Below, in pieces: positions 1 to 12,400 of a DNA stretch of 64,000 nt. Made by a program: the position numbers and the translations under genes. Below the pieces are notes generated by a model. The model ran no database searches. It was not told where the DNA came from and saw only the letters and a list, made by a program, of their open reading frames with translations. Each line of letters begins with the position of its first letter. Within the stretch, counting starts at the first letter, position 1. Origin of the DNA: Phoronis australis (lineage: Eukaryota > Animalia > Phoronida); NCBI GenBank assembly GCA_002633005.1, contig NMRA01000227.1:76748-140747 (forward strand). Reading direction: 5' to 3'.

Positions 1-2376
1 ACTTGATGTCTGTCATGAATGAGTCATTAATAAAATTGTCTCTCGTGAATTATTTTCTATTGACTGTGAATGTGTACCTTTTTATACCACTGCTGATCAC
101 AGTGGCAGAAATATTCAGCGTTAGGGTGCCCGGTGTGTGGGGGGTGGAACACCAGGTTTCTGGCGACTGGTGGCGACTAAAATTCCTAGAAACCAGCAGG
201 GACATTACAATATGAACCCAAAGTTATAATGACTATTTGCACTTAACACTAGGGGGCCATATCCACCTTGGGTGCCTTCCTTTGCCTGTGGCACGAACAA
301 GGCAGATAGAAAACAAGGCAGGGGTGAGTTCAGTAACACTGGAACCTCTCTAAAATTTATCCAAAACCACATGTTCTCATTTAGAATGCAGAGCAATATC
401 TCGCGAAGTTTTGAATTATAGCAAGGTCCTCGTGTTACTGCTCTTATTCTAGATGCGTCTTCAGTCTCCACGTAAACAAAAGCAGCGCCATCTATCATTT
501 AGAAGCACGCATGCCTGTTGATTAACGTACATATTTTTTGTAATAAGCAATAATCATCAATGGCGTTTTCAGAGAATGGTAATTATTAATGCTGTCTGCC
601 TTTTCTCGAAAATACAAGGTTTTTATGTCGTGTTTCGCAAGCTAATTATATGTTCCAAGAGCCCCCTATTGGCAGCAGAGGCAATTGAGAACATGCAAAA
701 GGACGAAGTGCAGTTCGTGTAATGCTTAGTACGCAAAAACTACATTAGAGGCAAGATTTTTTATTTTATATTATGAACAGGTTAGGAATGACAGAAAAAA
801 TTATTATAAAGTCAATTTCTGGAAAGGTGCGTTATGGCTGCTACAGAGTGCCAAATTTGGCCGAAAATGGCTTCAGTGAAAACCTGGAAAATAGCCATTT
901 TTGCCTCACAAATTCAAAACTTACAAATTTAAAAATGGATTTTGAAAGTTATGCCATTAAATTATTCAGACATTGCCCATTCAATTCGCATTATTCATTT
1001 GTTTTTACCTCACCACACATGCTAGTAAAATGCATTCAAACATGCCTACTTCGACGCCCAATTTTGTTGCAAAATGGAGGTACAGGTCATAAAAAGAATA
1101 ATGAATGAACATTCTTAAAAAGTGAAGTTTTTCTACATCTCAACAAACCAAACTCATGTGCTAAGTTTCAAAAAAATCGGTGATTTTGGGTAAAGACTCT
1201 ACCTGTTGGTTTTTATATGGAGTCACTCTTAACAGTCTTTGTGCACATATTTGACATTTTAATGTTTAACAACACGACAAATGCACAGCTGGTTCCCGGC
1301 AGCACGTACGCGAAGGGCGGGAACTTCAGCTTTCAAAGTTCGCCGGTAGGTCCGCAACTTCTGACCTTCGGCCTGGTTAAAAAAATGAAAATGTTGATTT
1401 CACGATTTTGGGAACTGAAATAGGGACTGCTCGAAGAAAAAGTTTCATAACGGGACTATTTGTTCGAGTTGGAAGGAATTAAACACATCAACAACCTCCT
1501 AAGGTGTTCCTCTATGCGCAAAAGGTATTTATAACAACGTGACTTTGATGGTTTAGTCGGTGCGAGGCATAATTCGCCGAAAAGCTTCCGGCGTACAGAG
1601 CGCCTATAGCCACTGCATCGCCTCTGGTTCGGGCCAACAGAGGCGACGGTGTGGCACTAGTCGGATATAATGGACCCTAACTTATTCCAAATAAATCCAC
1701 TAAATGTGGGTCTAAATGAATGATTTTGGTGTCTTTGAATTCCTCAGACATCTGGCTATCCGTACATATCCATTTCATGACCCTCAATCACTTCGATTCA
1801 TAATTACGCTATTCTGAACTCGGTCCACTTTAGCCACGCGCATTGTGAAATCGACAGCCATTTCAGGGAACTTACTATACCTAGCGCCATCTGTCGGCGA
1901 TCTGCTACAACACGCGCTGTTCCTTTTTCATCAGTCAACGTCACTGGTCGATTTCGTCAATTATTAACGTCATCGTTATTAATCATCGTTATGTCTGCTC
2001 TCGTCATCACCTTCGTCTCTCTTGCCATCTTATCTGTCATCGTCATGTGTTGTTATCGTCGACTGCGAGACGCGTACCGACATCTACAGTTTGTCAAATG
2101 GGTGAACTTAAATAGTAAAGCAAGTTAATTTACTGGGCCTATATCGTGTAGCATCTAAAACATCATCATATGGCCTAGCACCGTCGTTGTCACTCGTCCT
2201 TCAAGTTACTGGTGTCATCACTGTCATTTTCTAGGTTGGTCCAAGTTACCGCCATGATAATTTTTTGGTTTATGATTGTATTTGAATTTCTATTTATTTT
2301 GGTAAGTGAAACAGTCCAATTGGGAAAATGTGGGTGGCCCTTAAAAGGGCCGTTGGGGGGTATCAATCAGTACCGC

Positions 2377-3273
2377 TCAAGGCGTCTGATACTGCGGCCA
2401 CTGAGATAAGTGCAACAGCACGTTGTTGAAAGCGTCTTTGGCTGTTCTTCCATAGTGCTGCCGCCACATAAATTCGTCCAAATATTCTTCTAACTTGTCG
2501 TCGTTTGTCCCACACATGGCCTTGAACCTGCGTTTTGCGTTCTTCCAAAAGCATTCCACGTGATTGGTGTGGGCACCTGTGATCGGATCAACGAAGTTCT
2601 GATTGTGATTGACTGTCTGGTGTTGATATGGAGGATTCACCGGAAGGTTCACTACGCCATTGTATGCCGCCCACATGTCTGAGTGCACGATAGACCCTGG
2701 TGCTATACAACGCTGGATGATGGGCAGCAGTGTCTGAGCGGAACGATCTGGAACAAATTCTAAAAATCCGAAAGCCTGGGCTGGGCAATAGCCTCCAAAT
2801 ACCCACAGCTCGGGTACAGGGTGGCCGACGTTATTTTTTCTTCGCGCCATCAAAGACTCGTCGATCTGAACTACGATACCAGGACCGCCGACCTGTCTTG
2901 GATTCGCTACCAGGTGGTTACTACACACGTCACGGAAATAACTATTCCACTGCATGACCGTCGTTCTGTCCAAGTCAAGCATTTCCGCGGCGAAGTGGAC
3001 TGGGAGCGAATACGACCATGTCCAGCACAAACGAACCAACTGGTACAGCTTTAAGCGGGAACTGAACCAGTAAGAGCCATCTCTAACTGACACTTTCACG
3101 GACTTGTGGCTTGGGCACCTCCAGATGGATTCCCCAGTCCATTTAATCTCCGACATGGCACGAAAGCACTGGTTGCAGTTGGGAGGCTGGCGACGAATAA
3201 CCTGATGGTGCCTGAGAAGTGCGATAGTTGAAGGATAATCCTGTGTCCACGCAAAGACATCGTCCAACGACAT
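2377..3273 (-). CDS. Merlin/ISXO2-like DDE transposase, uninterrupted ORF of ~298 aa from the first ATG
   Basis: N-terminal zinc ribbon (CNQC...CPSH) and the motifs VQIDES, WVFGG, IVHSDMWAAY, HQTVNH, HTNHVECFW, YLDEFMWR typical of IS1595/Merlin transposases. The ORF track starts at a TTG (3300); the first ATG is at 3273. Confidence 0.93.
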   Translation of the reverse strand: MSLDDVFAWTQDYPSTIALLRHHQVIRRQPPNCNQCFRAMSEIKWTGESIWRCPSHKSVKVSVRDGSYWFSSRLKLYQLVRLCWTWSYSLPVHFAAEMLDLDRTTVMQWNSYFRDVCSNHLVANPRQVGGPGIVVQIDESLMARRKNNVGHPVPELWVFGGYCPAQAFGFLEFVPDRSAQTLLPIIQRCIAPGSIVHSDMWAAYNGVVNLPVNPPYQHQTVNHNQNFVDPITGAHTNHVECFWKNAKRRFKAMCGTNDDKLEEYLDEFMWRQHYGRTAKDAFNNVLLHLSQWPQYQTP

Positions 3274-4243
3274 TACGATTTTTGTGAAAGCACGTGACAA
3301 GTGTAGTGTATCCAGTGATCGGTAGTTGTGTAACGACAGAGGTCTGCAGTTGGCATGTGCTTGTGTGGTCTGTCGGCCCTTTTGATCAGTTTAGAAAGAC
3401 GCATTTTACATCCACTTGTGCGCACACAGGGAGTACTCGTGTAGCACGAGCGAAACCCCCCATTGGGCGAAGTGGTCAAAAATGTCCGCTCCAGAGAAAA
3501 AAAAGTCCGAGAAAACGCGATAAAAGTCTACTAAAAAGATGCAAACGCACAATTCACAGCACCCACAGGTCCGAACGTGGTACGTTTTTCTTTTTTTTAG
3601 TCGACCGACTATTTTGTTAGTAAAAGGTTGACATCTCCAAGAATTCGCACCCCCCCATATTAGAGGCTGGGTGCGCGCGTGATCCAGTGACATCGGTTTT
3701 ATTTTTGAGTTTAATACTTCACGTATTTACAACCAACTTAAGTGTGGCAATGGCAAATTGTAACAAGTGTTTACAATTTATCAGTATCTTTTGTCAGTGT
3801 TACAGTCTCTGTACTTTGGCCATGAAAAGAACATTTGGCCTTTTTAGGACGCGCATATACACTAAACAGACCCATCCCCACTAGTCTAAGATAAGTACAA
3901 ATTGCGCGCATGTGATGTGCTTGCGGAGATGATTCGGACCTAGAACCCATAACGATCATTGTCAGTGGCGTACCCAGAAGTTTAATGGCAACTGGGGTTT
4001 GGGTTATGAACAGGGCAGGGAAGCAAACGCAGAATAACTGCAAAGACTTTCGGCACTGATGGAGAAGAATTTTTGCGCCAATGTCTCTCGTTCGCCAAAT
4101 GGGTGAACGATTCGCCGTTAAATTACATGCGAAAGTTGATTCTTGTTAGCGACGTTAAGTAATTATTTAGAGGCAATACTTTACGCCGCAAATAATTACT
4201 TAACGCCTTAAAAAGTTGGTATACGCAGCAAATTACTTTACGC

Positions 4244-4911
4244 CAGTGCTGTACTGGTAAAATTAGAGGTAGGTAGGCGCCGACAGCCCATCGTATGGGC
4301 GCTGAATTTTAAAAATACATTGAACTCGCAAAACCTGACTCACAAACATGTAGGCCTACTTTTTGACTCAGTGGATCTTGGATGCTGGAGAAAGAGAGGG
4401 CAACCACACATATTCGAAGGGAAAAGTCCATGTGCAATCCAAACGGTCTCTGAAGGGGCCCAACCACAATAAAAGAAAATAAGAGCGTAACGCCCAGAAA
4501 TGATATGCTGGTTGTGATTTTTGGTCGCCCGTCCGGTGTGTCCGCGAGGCCCTTCGCCAACCACTCCCCCTCCCATTTATCCACCAATGATGGGACACCA
4601 TAACTGTTTCTATATCTTGAAAAATTAATAAAAATTCCATGTGAGCATCCATGTATGCCTGGTGGTCCGACGCACGCCCGAATGTTCGGCAACAACGCTG
4701 TCGTCAGTGTATCGCATTTATGCTGTTAGCTATCGTATCGAGACTACACCCCACTATACAATGCGTCCATTACGGCGCGCAGACCGTACGTTAAAATGTA
4801 AAAAGGTGGTTGGCTGCACTATACCGTAACTTACGATGGGTAGGCGCAACGTTAATAAACAAAAAGGTGGTTGTCTGCACTTACGCGCGCCTACGCCCCA
4901 CTACAGCACTG
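4244..4911. mobile_element. Non-autonomous TIR element (CAGTGCTGTA...TACAGCACTG) nested in the Merlin element
   Basis: 10-bp perfect TIR. It interrupts the Merlin internal repeat TTTACGCCGCAAATAATTACT with an apparent 3-bp CGC duplication. A related short copy lies at 14179-14334. Confidence 0.7.
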
Positions 4912-6430
4912 CGCCGCAAATAATTACTTTACGCCATTTACGAGAATTATCTTAGGCCCGTAAGGTTCACCCATTTGACAAACTGTAGATGTCGGTACGC
5001 GTCTCGCGGTCGACTAATAACAACACATGACGATGACAGATAAGATGGCAAGAGAGACGAAGGTGATGACGAGAGCAGACATAAAGATGATTAATAACGA
5101 TGAAATTAATAATTGACGAAATCGGCCAGTGACGTTGACTGATGAAAAAGGAACATCGCGTGTTGTAGCAGATCATCGACAGATGGCACTAGGTATAGTA
5201 AGTTCCCTGAAATGGCTGCCGATTTCACAATGCGCGTGGCTAAAGTGGACCGAGTTCGGAATAGTGTAATTATAAATCTAAGTGATTGAGGGTCATGAAA
5301 TGGATATGTACGGATAGCCAGATGTCTGAGGAATTCAAAGACACCAAAATCATTCATTTAGACCCACATTTAGTGGATTTATTTGGAATAAGTTAGGGTC
5401 CATTATATCCGACTAGTGCCGATGGTCATTGCCTATGCCTGCTAAGAAAGACAGAGTCTGGCAGAGTGAATGGCAATCGGCTGTACACTCGACTTGCAAG
5501 CCGAATATCACAGGTTCCAGTACTGGTAGTGAGCCTATAAACTCAAACAAAACACAAACAAAGACATATAAATACAACCTTTTCTTTTTAAAGTGAAGCG
5601 ATGGCATTGTCGGCGTCGCCTTCCCGACGGACTTTTTCTTTCCAACCATGCTTCTGTTTTAAATAGGCCATACACGGGGATTTTCAACACGACCGCAATA
5701 TGTTTTATTATAACAAAATAACCATACAATACATGTAAGCTAACACTTTTTCAGCTTGAATAGTGTTTTATAAGATTATTTTGATCTCAAAAACACATTA
5801 GTGATATGTTTTTTTAATTTTAAAAAACTTTGTTTCAATGTTCGCTTTGCAAAGTGACATCTTTCGGTATTTTGGATAACTATAATTAATCGTCGAAGCT
5901 GGGACTCTATGTTACCGGCTGGATCACGAACGTCAATACCTACAAAACTAAAGATTTTAACTCACTTAAAGTATATATTTTATGAATCAAGAAAGCCGAC
6001 TTAAAAAAAATACCAAGCCTGCCCTGGCGCCGGGTTTTCTTGGCCAATTAACAGACATTAAAAACTCGAATTTCGATACCGGCAATTGACAGAAAAACAA
6101 TGCTCTGTAGGCCTAACTCTCGACAAGCCTCAAAAGTTTAGAGAATGAAGTTTCAATTGTTTGAGCTGCTTAAAGTTTCCATTTTGTTTATAAATATCAC
6201 AAAGCTGTCGCAAAAAATGCAGAAACACTTCGTCGGTTACGTCATAATGCTGGAACGTGATTGCAAAAATTGCCAGCTAAACCTTTTATTAAAATTTTAT
6301 TGTGATTTTTTGAAATGACTAAATTCTGTTAGAGTCAATGTATTTGACTGTGTTTTTCTTGACATAACATCTTTGCACGTCTGCGCTTGTCCTTTGAACG
6401 ACCTTCAAAGACACGACCGGGTTTGACAAC

Positions 6431-9400
6431 ATGGCTCTGTTATCTGAGGAGTGTCGAGAACGAATGTACAAGCGACCTCCAAGACACAAGTTTCGAGAAG
6501 GCTACGTAATACATCAGCTGAACCGTGAAATTGAATGGCAAGATTGTAAAGACAATGGTTACATGTTAACTAATGATGTCCTCGGACATGGAGAATTCTC
6601 GCGAGTTGAAAAGGCCGAAGTTTTGCCATGGAAACTTAATTGTAGTAAGACACTACAAGATTTTTTCCAAGGAGCCGAAGTTTCAAAAGTAAGATGATCG
6701 TGTACGAAGTTTTTAGATTTTTCCAACTGGTAATTTCGAGATTTTGAGAGAATCAAAGCAGTGACACATGTTTGTTTGCGTCAACAATGTCTGCACAAGA
6801 ACAAACTCGGGCGATTAAGCGCAGTGAACACTCAGGCATCATTCAGTGGACTAGGCGCATTTCTATGAAAAGGCTTTGTATGTGATTCATGACATATTAT
6901 TAGAAAAAGTGGGGAACCTGACTTTCTAACTTAATCAAGGTATACCAGGTTGACTAGTCCGGTTCGAAGCCGAAATTTGCGTCATGACGATTTTAATGAT
7001 CGCCATATTGGCAAGTTCGGTTTCATCCTTGGGAGTCGACAATAGGATATGTCATTTAAAATGATGTAATACTTCACATGTACACCTCTTATAAATACCT
7101 CTTGAATAATACAGCATGGCTAAAAAGTGCAAAAGGCCAAAAATGTGGCAACATGATAATTAAATGCCTCCACAATAAAATGAAGTTTTCACTGTAACTT
7201 TTTCTTTTTACAGACTAATTGAAAAGATCTAAGTGTTGTTCATGTGTTGACAATGTCAACAGACACGAGTCAACAGACACGAGTAAACAGACACGAGTAA
7301 ACAGACACGAGTAAAGACAAATAATTTTCTTAATGTGTGAACCATAGTCTCCCCATTTAGGCAGAATGACGTAACAGATGTTCTCTGTTCTGTATGCTGC
7401 CGGCTACTATTACAAATTAAAAAATAGCAATATTCATTGAAGACATCTAAACTATATGAACCTTTTCTAATTTCATTTGTCCAGCAGAACACAGTCTGAA
7501 CGTTCAGTAGTTTTCACCTTATACTTACAAACAGCCTGATCTGAACTGACAATTACATTATTTCATCCAAATCGGGGCTAATGTCTGCTCTTCCACTTTG
7601 CCATGACGAGCGGAGGCTACCATCTCGAGGCACATGTCTACAATAGACTCTCTATGCCATCCATCAATATTGGATGCAACCCTGATTCTCCAGGTGTTCA
7701 GTCGTCTCTGGGCGCGGGTATGAGACAATAAGAGTTTCTGCATATCTAATCTCTTTAAAAAGTACTGTCATCAAATGGAAACAGAGGGCATCGTGTTTGA
7801 GGATTCGAAGGGCTGTGCTACATCAACAAGTGTGGTCACTGCACGTTGCATATTCAGCAGAAAAAAGTTTATGAAGATGGTTTGGTTTTCTCTCTGAGTT
7901 CACAAATGTCCAAGTTCCTCAGCAATGCATGTAGGCAATGACCATCGCCTCTGTTGGCCCGAACCAGGTTCGGGCCAACAGAGGCGATGGTCATTGCCTA
8001 CAATGCATGGTGCTCTTGAGACGTACACCTTCCATTATGATAGTCTGGTGCGATTTCTGCGATGTGGTGCTGTCACGTCCAGACAAGGTGTGACGTCATG
8101 CGAACATGCCAAGTCTCTTGATAGCATGTTGAAAACTGCTTCAACAGGTCACATGCAAAGATGTGCCAGGCGTCACATAGACTATTCACAATGTAGTTGT
8201 TGAAAGTGTGGTACCAGAAGCAAGAGAACACCAATTGTCCTTGGAAGACAGAACTACATTATTAAACTGGCTGTAGACGACGGCATGTCAGTAGTATCAA
8301 TGTTATGTCTGCTTTTTCATATGTGGATTTTGAAGGCGTCAAATTAACTGTATCTTTTGATGACGTGATATCCAGGTCATTTTTGTATCCTCCCGGCAAC
8401 TATAACCGCTTAAAGTGCACGTGCCTTTGCGCACACTGTCTTCCACAAACCGCGGCCTGGGTGGACGTGTTCCTTCGCTGTCATGGACGGCGCAGCACTG
8501 AAAAATGTGGGAGGCTATACCCCCCCCCCCAGCCCCCTATGGTGCGCCGCCCATGGCTGTGTAGGTTTTTGGTTATGCTTTGTAATGTGGTAAAACAGAC
8601 AAAATAAAGTAACAACTATTTTGTAGGTTGCCATTAAAATAATCAACAAACTGAAAACACCTAAAAGCTACCTTGAAAAGTTTATACCTCGTGAAGTAGA
8701 AAGCATCCGCAAGCTGCCACGTTACGAGTTCATTGTAAGTATACAAGGAACAGACATCTTGGTTTGCCAAATTTTGGTGAAGCTAAATTAGATACAACTC
8801 GTGTTAAGATATTGGTCAAGCCGAAACTATTTGGAAGATGCTCAAATCCACGGCTCTGTTCAAAATGATTCATCTCTTTAAAACCTTGCCGAGTACGTCT
8901 CAATATATCTTTAATGAATAGTATTTTTTCAGATTTCACTGGTAAGGGTGTATTAATAAGGTTAAATGTGGACATGCGGTTCGTGATTATGACAAAGGTG
9001 GTATCAATATTTTCAACTTTTGTAAGGCAATTAAGTTAAAGGTCACTTAAATACGTTACGAAATCCTCCTATCTGCTACATGTGACACATTCAAATGTTC
9101 CATGTTTACCTATATTTGTCGGGTGGTAATTTTTGAAACGGAGACTATCAAATATTTATAATCAATATTGGAAAAAATGAGAGTCTAATTTTTTATTTCT
9201 AAAATGAAAACAACAGTTTTTTTTTTACCAGCCCGTTTGGTATAATGACGAGTTTCAGGTTTGTGAAAAATACGAACAGCGTATTATTTTAACTGAATTA
9301 TGGCCCCTAGTATTAATATAGAGAACCCACTCAAAGACCACCAAGAGCGAGGGCATCGTTATTAATGTAATTAGTCCCCCTTTTCTGTCATCTTGTATGA

Positions 9401-12400
9401 AAATTGGTTGAAAAAAGAAGTGTAAATGTCAAAGGCTAGTATTCTTCAAATGGCAGTATACCACAGTGTGATTATGTTGTAAATAATGTTAATACGAAAT
9501 GTACTGTATAAAAGCATGCGTTTTGAACTACGCAAATATCAATCCAAATACTCTGTTTTTAAATGTCAAAATATTGATGTATATTCCTTGGTTTCTAATG
9601 TAAATGTCTGGAAAGAGGGGGAGGGTGTCGACATATACAACAACGTCTTACTAAGCGAAATTTAAATGAGCTTGTGAATTAGGTTTGAAAAACATTTTTA
9701 AATGGAGAAACGTGTATTCTCGTCCTAATTTCAAAAGATTTGAAAATTAGAGGACTCTAATTTAGATTGTTGAAACAAAATTCTATCCACAGATTCTTCT
9801 TTGAAAATTATACACGTCAAGAAGGGCAATTATTTTCTTTTTCAAAAACATCAGGGCGGGGTGAGACATTGAAATTTTTTTGGGAGTGTGATTTGGTAAA
9901 AATCTGAATTGATTTTAACCGCAATGTTATTGAGGAGTTTGCGGGTTGACATGTCGACATCCTTTCCTATAAAACAGTTATTTTTGGTATAGTTAGCAAA
10001 CAACACCTGCGACATGTACATGACATTTTGTTACTTTAGGGAAACAATTCACTGATAATAGTAAATATAGAGCAAAGAAATTGTTTGTTAAAAACTAAGC
10101 ACGTTTCTCACATTTAGAAAATAAAAATTGTCATTATATGTTGAAAAAACACCTTTCTTGTTCTAAGACCTTTCTATTTCATTATCAATTAAAACGATAG
10201 TTTACAGTTCATGCTATCATATCTTAATGATTTTGCCTAGAAACTGACGATTGCTTCTTCTATAGTGTTCGTACTTAGAGTGCTTCTGGACAATCGATCG
10301 CGTTTATATCGTTACGGAGTACGTCGAAGGTCGCACGCTGTCCGATTACATTGAACAAACGATTCCTCGTGGACAACTGTTGCCGGATATTGACGATTTG
10401 TTTGTGAGAACCTTGTTCAGGGAAATATGTTTAGCAGTTTGGACCTGCCACCTAAATGGAGTCATTCACAGGCAAGTTATTTATGATTAAATCGGATTTT
10501 GATCAAATGATAGAAAGAAATTTAGAAGTCAAGGCAACTGCGTAGATTTTCGTGTTCAACGTTTTGCTTTAATCGCTAAAGCATTATTATAACCTCCCTA
10601 CTTACTTCAGTGCTACGCCTCCCATGCTCAACAGTTTCAAGCACTAAATTAACCAAACAAACAACCTCAAACACAGCAAACTACCACAGATTCAAGGCAA
10701 CAGAGCTCTGCTGCTGATTGAGTGAATGAGCAGTTTTTTAGCCTGAATGGCCAAAGACTCTTTAATATAGAGCAAGAATAAGAATCCGGTGACGGTGAAA
10801 GAATTTACATGGGATCAGTTGAATTATTGCATCTGCTGTTTGCTGGTGATTTGGTTTTATTTTCATATAGACTGCAGAAAAAATGAGTATTTTTTGAGAA
10901 TTGTCAGAAATGGAAATTGATTGTTAACATGTCGAAAACTAAGATAATTGTTTTCAGAAAGGATGGAATGTTAAGATCGTATGAAAAATGGACGTATGAT
11001 GGGAATACTGTTAATATTGTAAATGCATATCAAATATTTAGGATTAATGTTCGCTACGAAATGTTCGTGGTCTTGCGCACAGAAAACTCTATCATTACGG
11101 GCTGCTAAGGCAGTCGTGAATTTAATGAGGAAAAATGTCAATGGTCTTAATGCACTCATCATTAAAGTTAGTTTGAAATTATTCGATTGTGAGATACCGC
11201 CGATACTTCATTATGGCTGTGAGATCTGGGATTTTAGTGAGGACAAATGTGTTGAAGTAGTCCACAAAAAATTTTGTAAAGAAATTTTAAATTTGCCTAG
11301 CACGGCAATTTCATCGGCTGTTAGAGGTGAGATGGGTCGACTTCCTAGAATTATAAAAAATTCGTTAAAACTATTAAAACCCAATGCGTCAAAAATTACA
11401 ATATGACGGAAAATGTTAATAAACCGTGCTGGGTTAAAGGCGAAGGCAACCTTTTTCCATGTCATTTTGAGCTAAAATAAGGTTGGTTGGTTATCCTAAA
11501 CATATTTTTCACTTAATTACAGCTTTTCGTAATTTTATTAATTACTCGTCCGCTTTTCCGGAAGTGACGTTTTAGGAGGCAAGCGCTTCCCGCCACTTGG
11601 TTTTGCGTTGAGCTTACTGTGCGAATCTGTTCTATTCTACTTTTGTTTTGTGCTATTTTTCACCAATTGTCGCCACCACTTTCCATCGGCGAGTATTCTG
11701 CGGCAAGATAGGTTAGTAGAGAACTCAACTGCGTTGGATTTAGGGATTGTTTAGTGTGTTGTAAGCTGAAAATGGCTGGAGTCGGTGACCCGTATCACAG
11801 TGACAGTAGTGTGAGTGACGGAGACCTTGTTCACAGCAGTGGTGACGAGGAATTTTTTCACGGACATTCAGTGGGTGGGTACATGTTTGAGCCCGAGTAC
11901 AACGAGGCAGAGTACACACAGGCACAGGCAGCTGTTGAGAGAAACGAGGCGGCTACTGAAGACAGACGTGGTGACACATCTTGGTGCAAATGCACTGTGT
12001 GCGTTGTTATGCCTACCTCAATTGAATGCTTGTGCTGTTCCGAGTTCCACATCAATTATCTTTTTGGTCTCTTCCTCCATTAGAGTGTATGTGGTATACT
12101 TGGCGGACCGCCCTGGTGAGTCAGACAAGTTCTCCTTCTCCATGAATTCCGCCACCAACTCGAGATGTTGTGACATGTATGCGTCATTGACAACTGGTAT
12201 TAAATAGGAATTCTGAATGTTGTTGAATGTTGTTTTCGAAAAAAAACTTGACTTTTCCAAAGTCCATCATTGTCTTCACCGACTGAAACGTGTTTCCAGT
12301 GAAGAGCACACCACTGGACATGGTTAAGTGGACCTCCGGCATACCACGGACAGAGGAACAACTGTCCCACTTGCCAGAGTGTCCCGTGACACACTCCCAC

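Larger units (their letters stand above)
1653..5420 (-). mobile_element. Merlin (IS1016/IS1595-related) DNA transposon, apparently full length, with ~455-bp terminal inverted repeats
   Basis: Left TIR 1653-2107 (GGCACTAGTCGGATATAATGG...) is the reverse complement of right TIR 4965-5420, and the outer ~140 bp are identical. It encloses an ISXO2-type transposase ORF. The candidate 8-bp TSD is degenerate (GACGGTGT 1645-1652 vs GATGGTCA 5421-5428). Confidence 0.93.

Noticed and set aside
2377-3300. Bacterial IS1595 contamination or recent horizontal transfer
   Set aside because: Long TIRs, a nested MITE also found in a nearby intron, and continuous animal-type flanks fit a resident Merlin element.
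3300-4960. Cargo gene (for example Fanzor/TnpB) inside the Merlin element
   Set aside because: Only short ORFs with no RuvC or other recognisable motifs; much of the space is a nested MITE.
5445-5535. tRNA gene
   Set aside because: Only loose A-box/B-box-like words (TGGCAGAGTG, GGTTCCAGTAC) and no convincing cloverleaf; at most a decayed SINE head.
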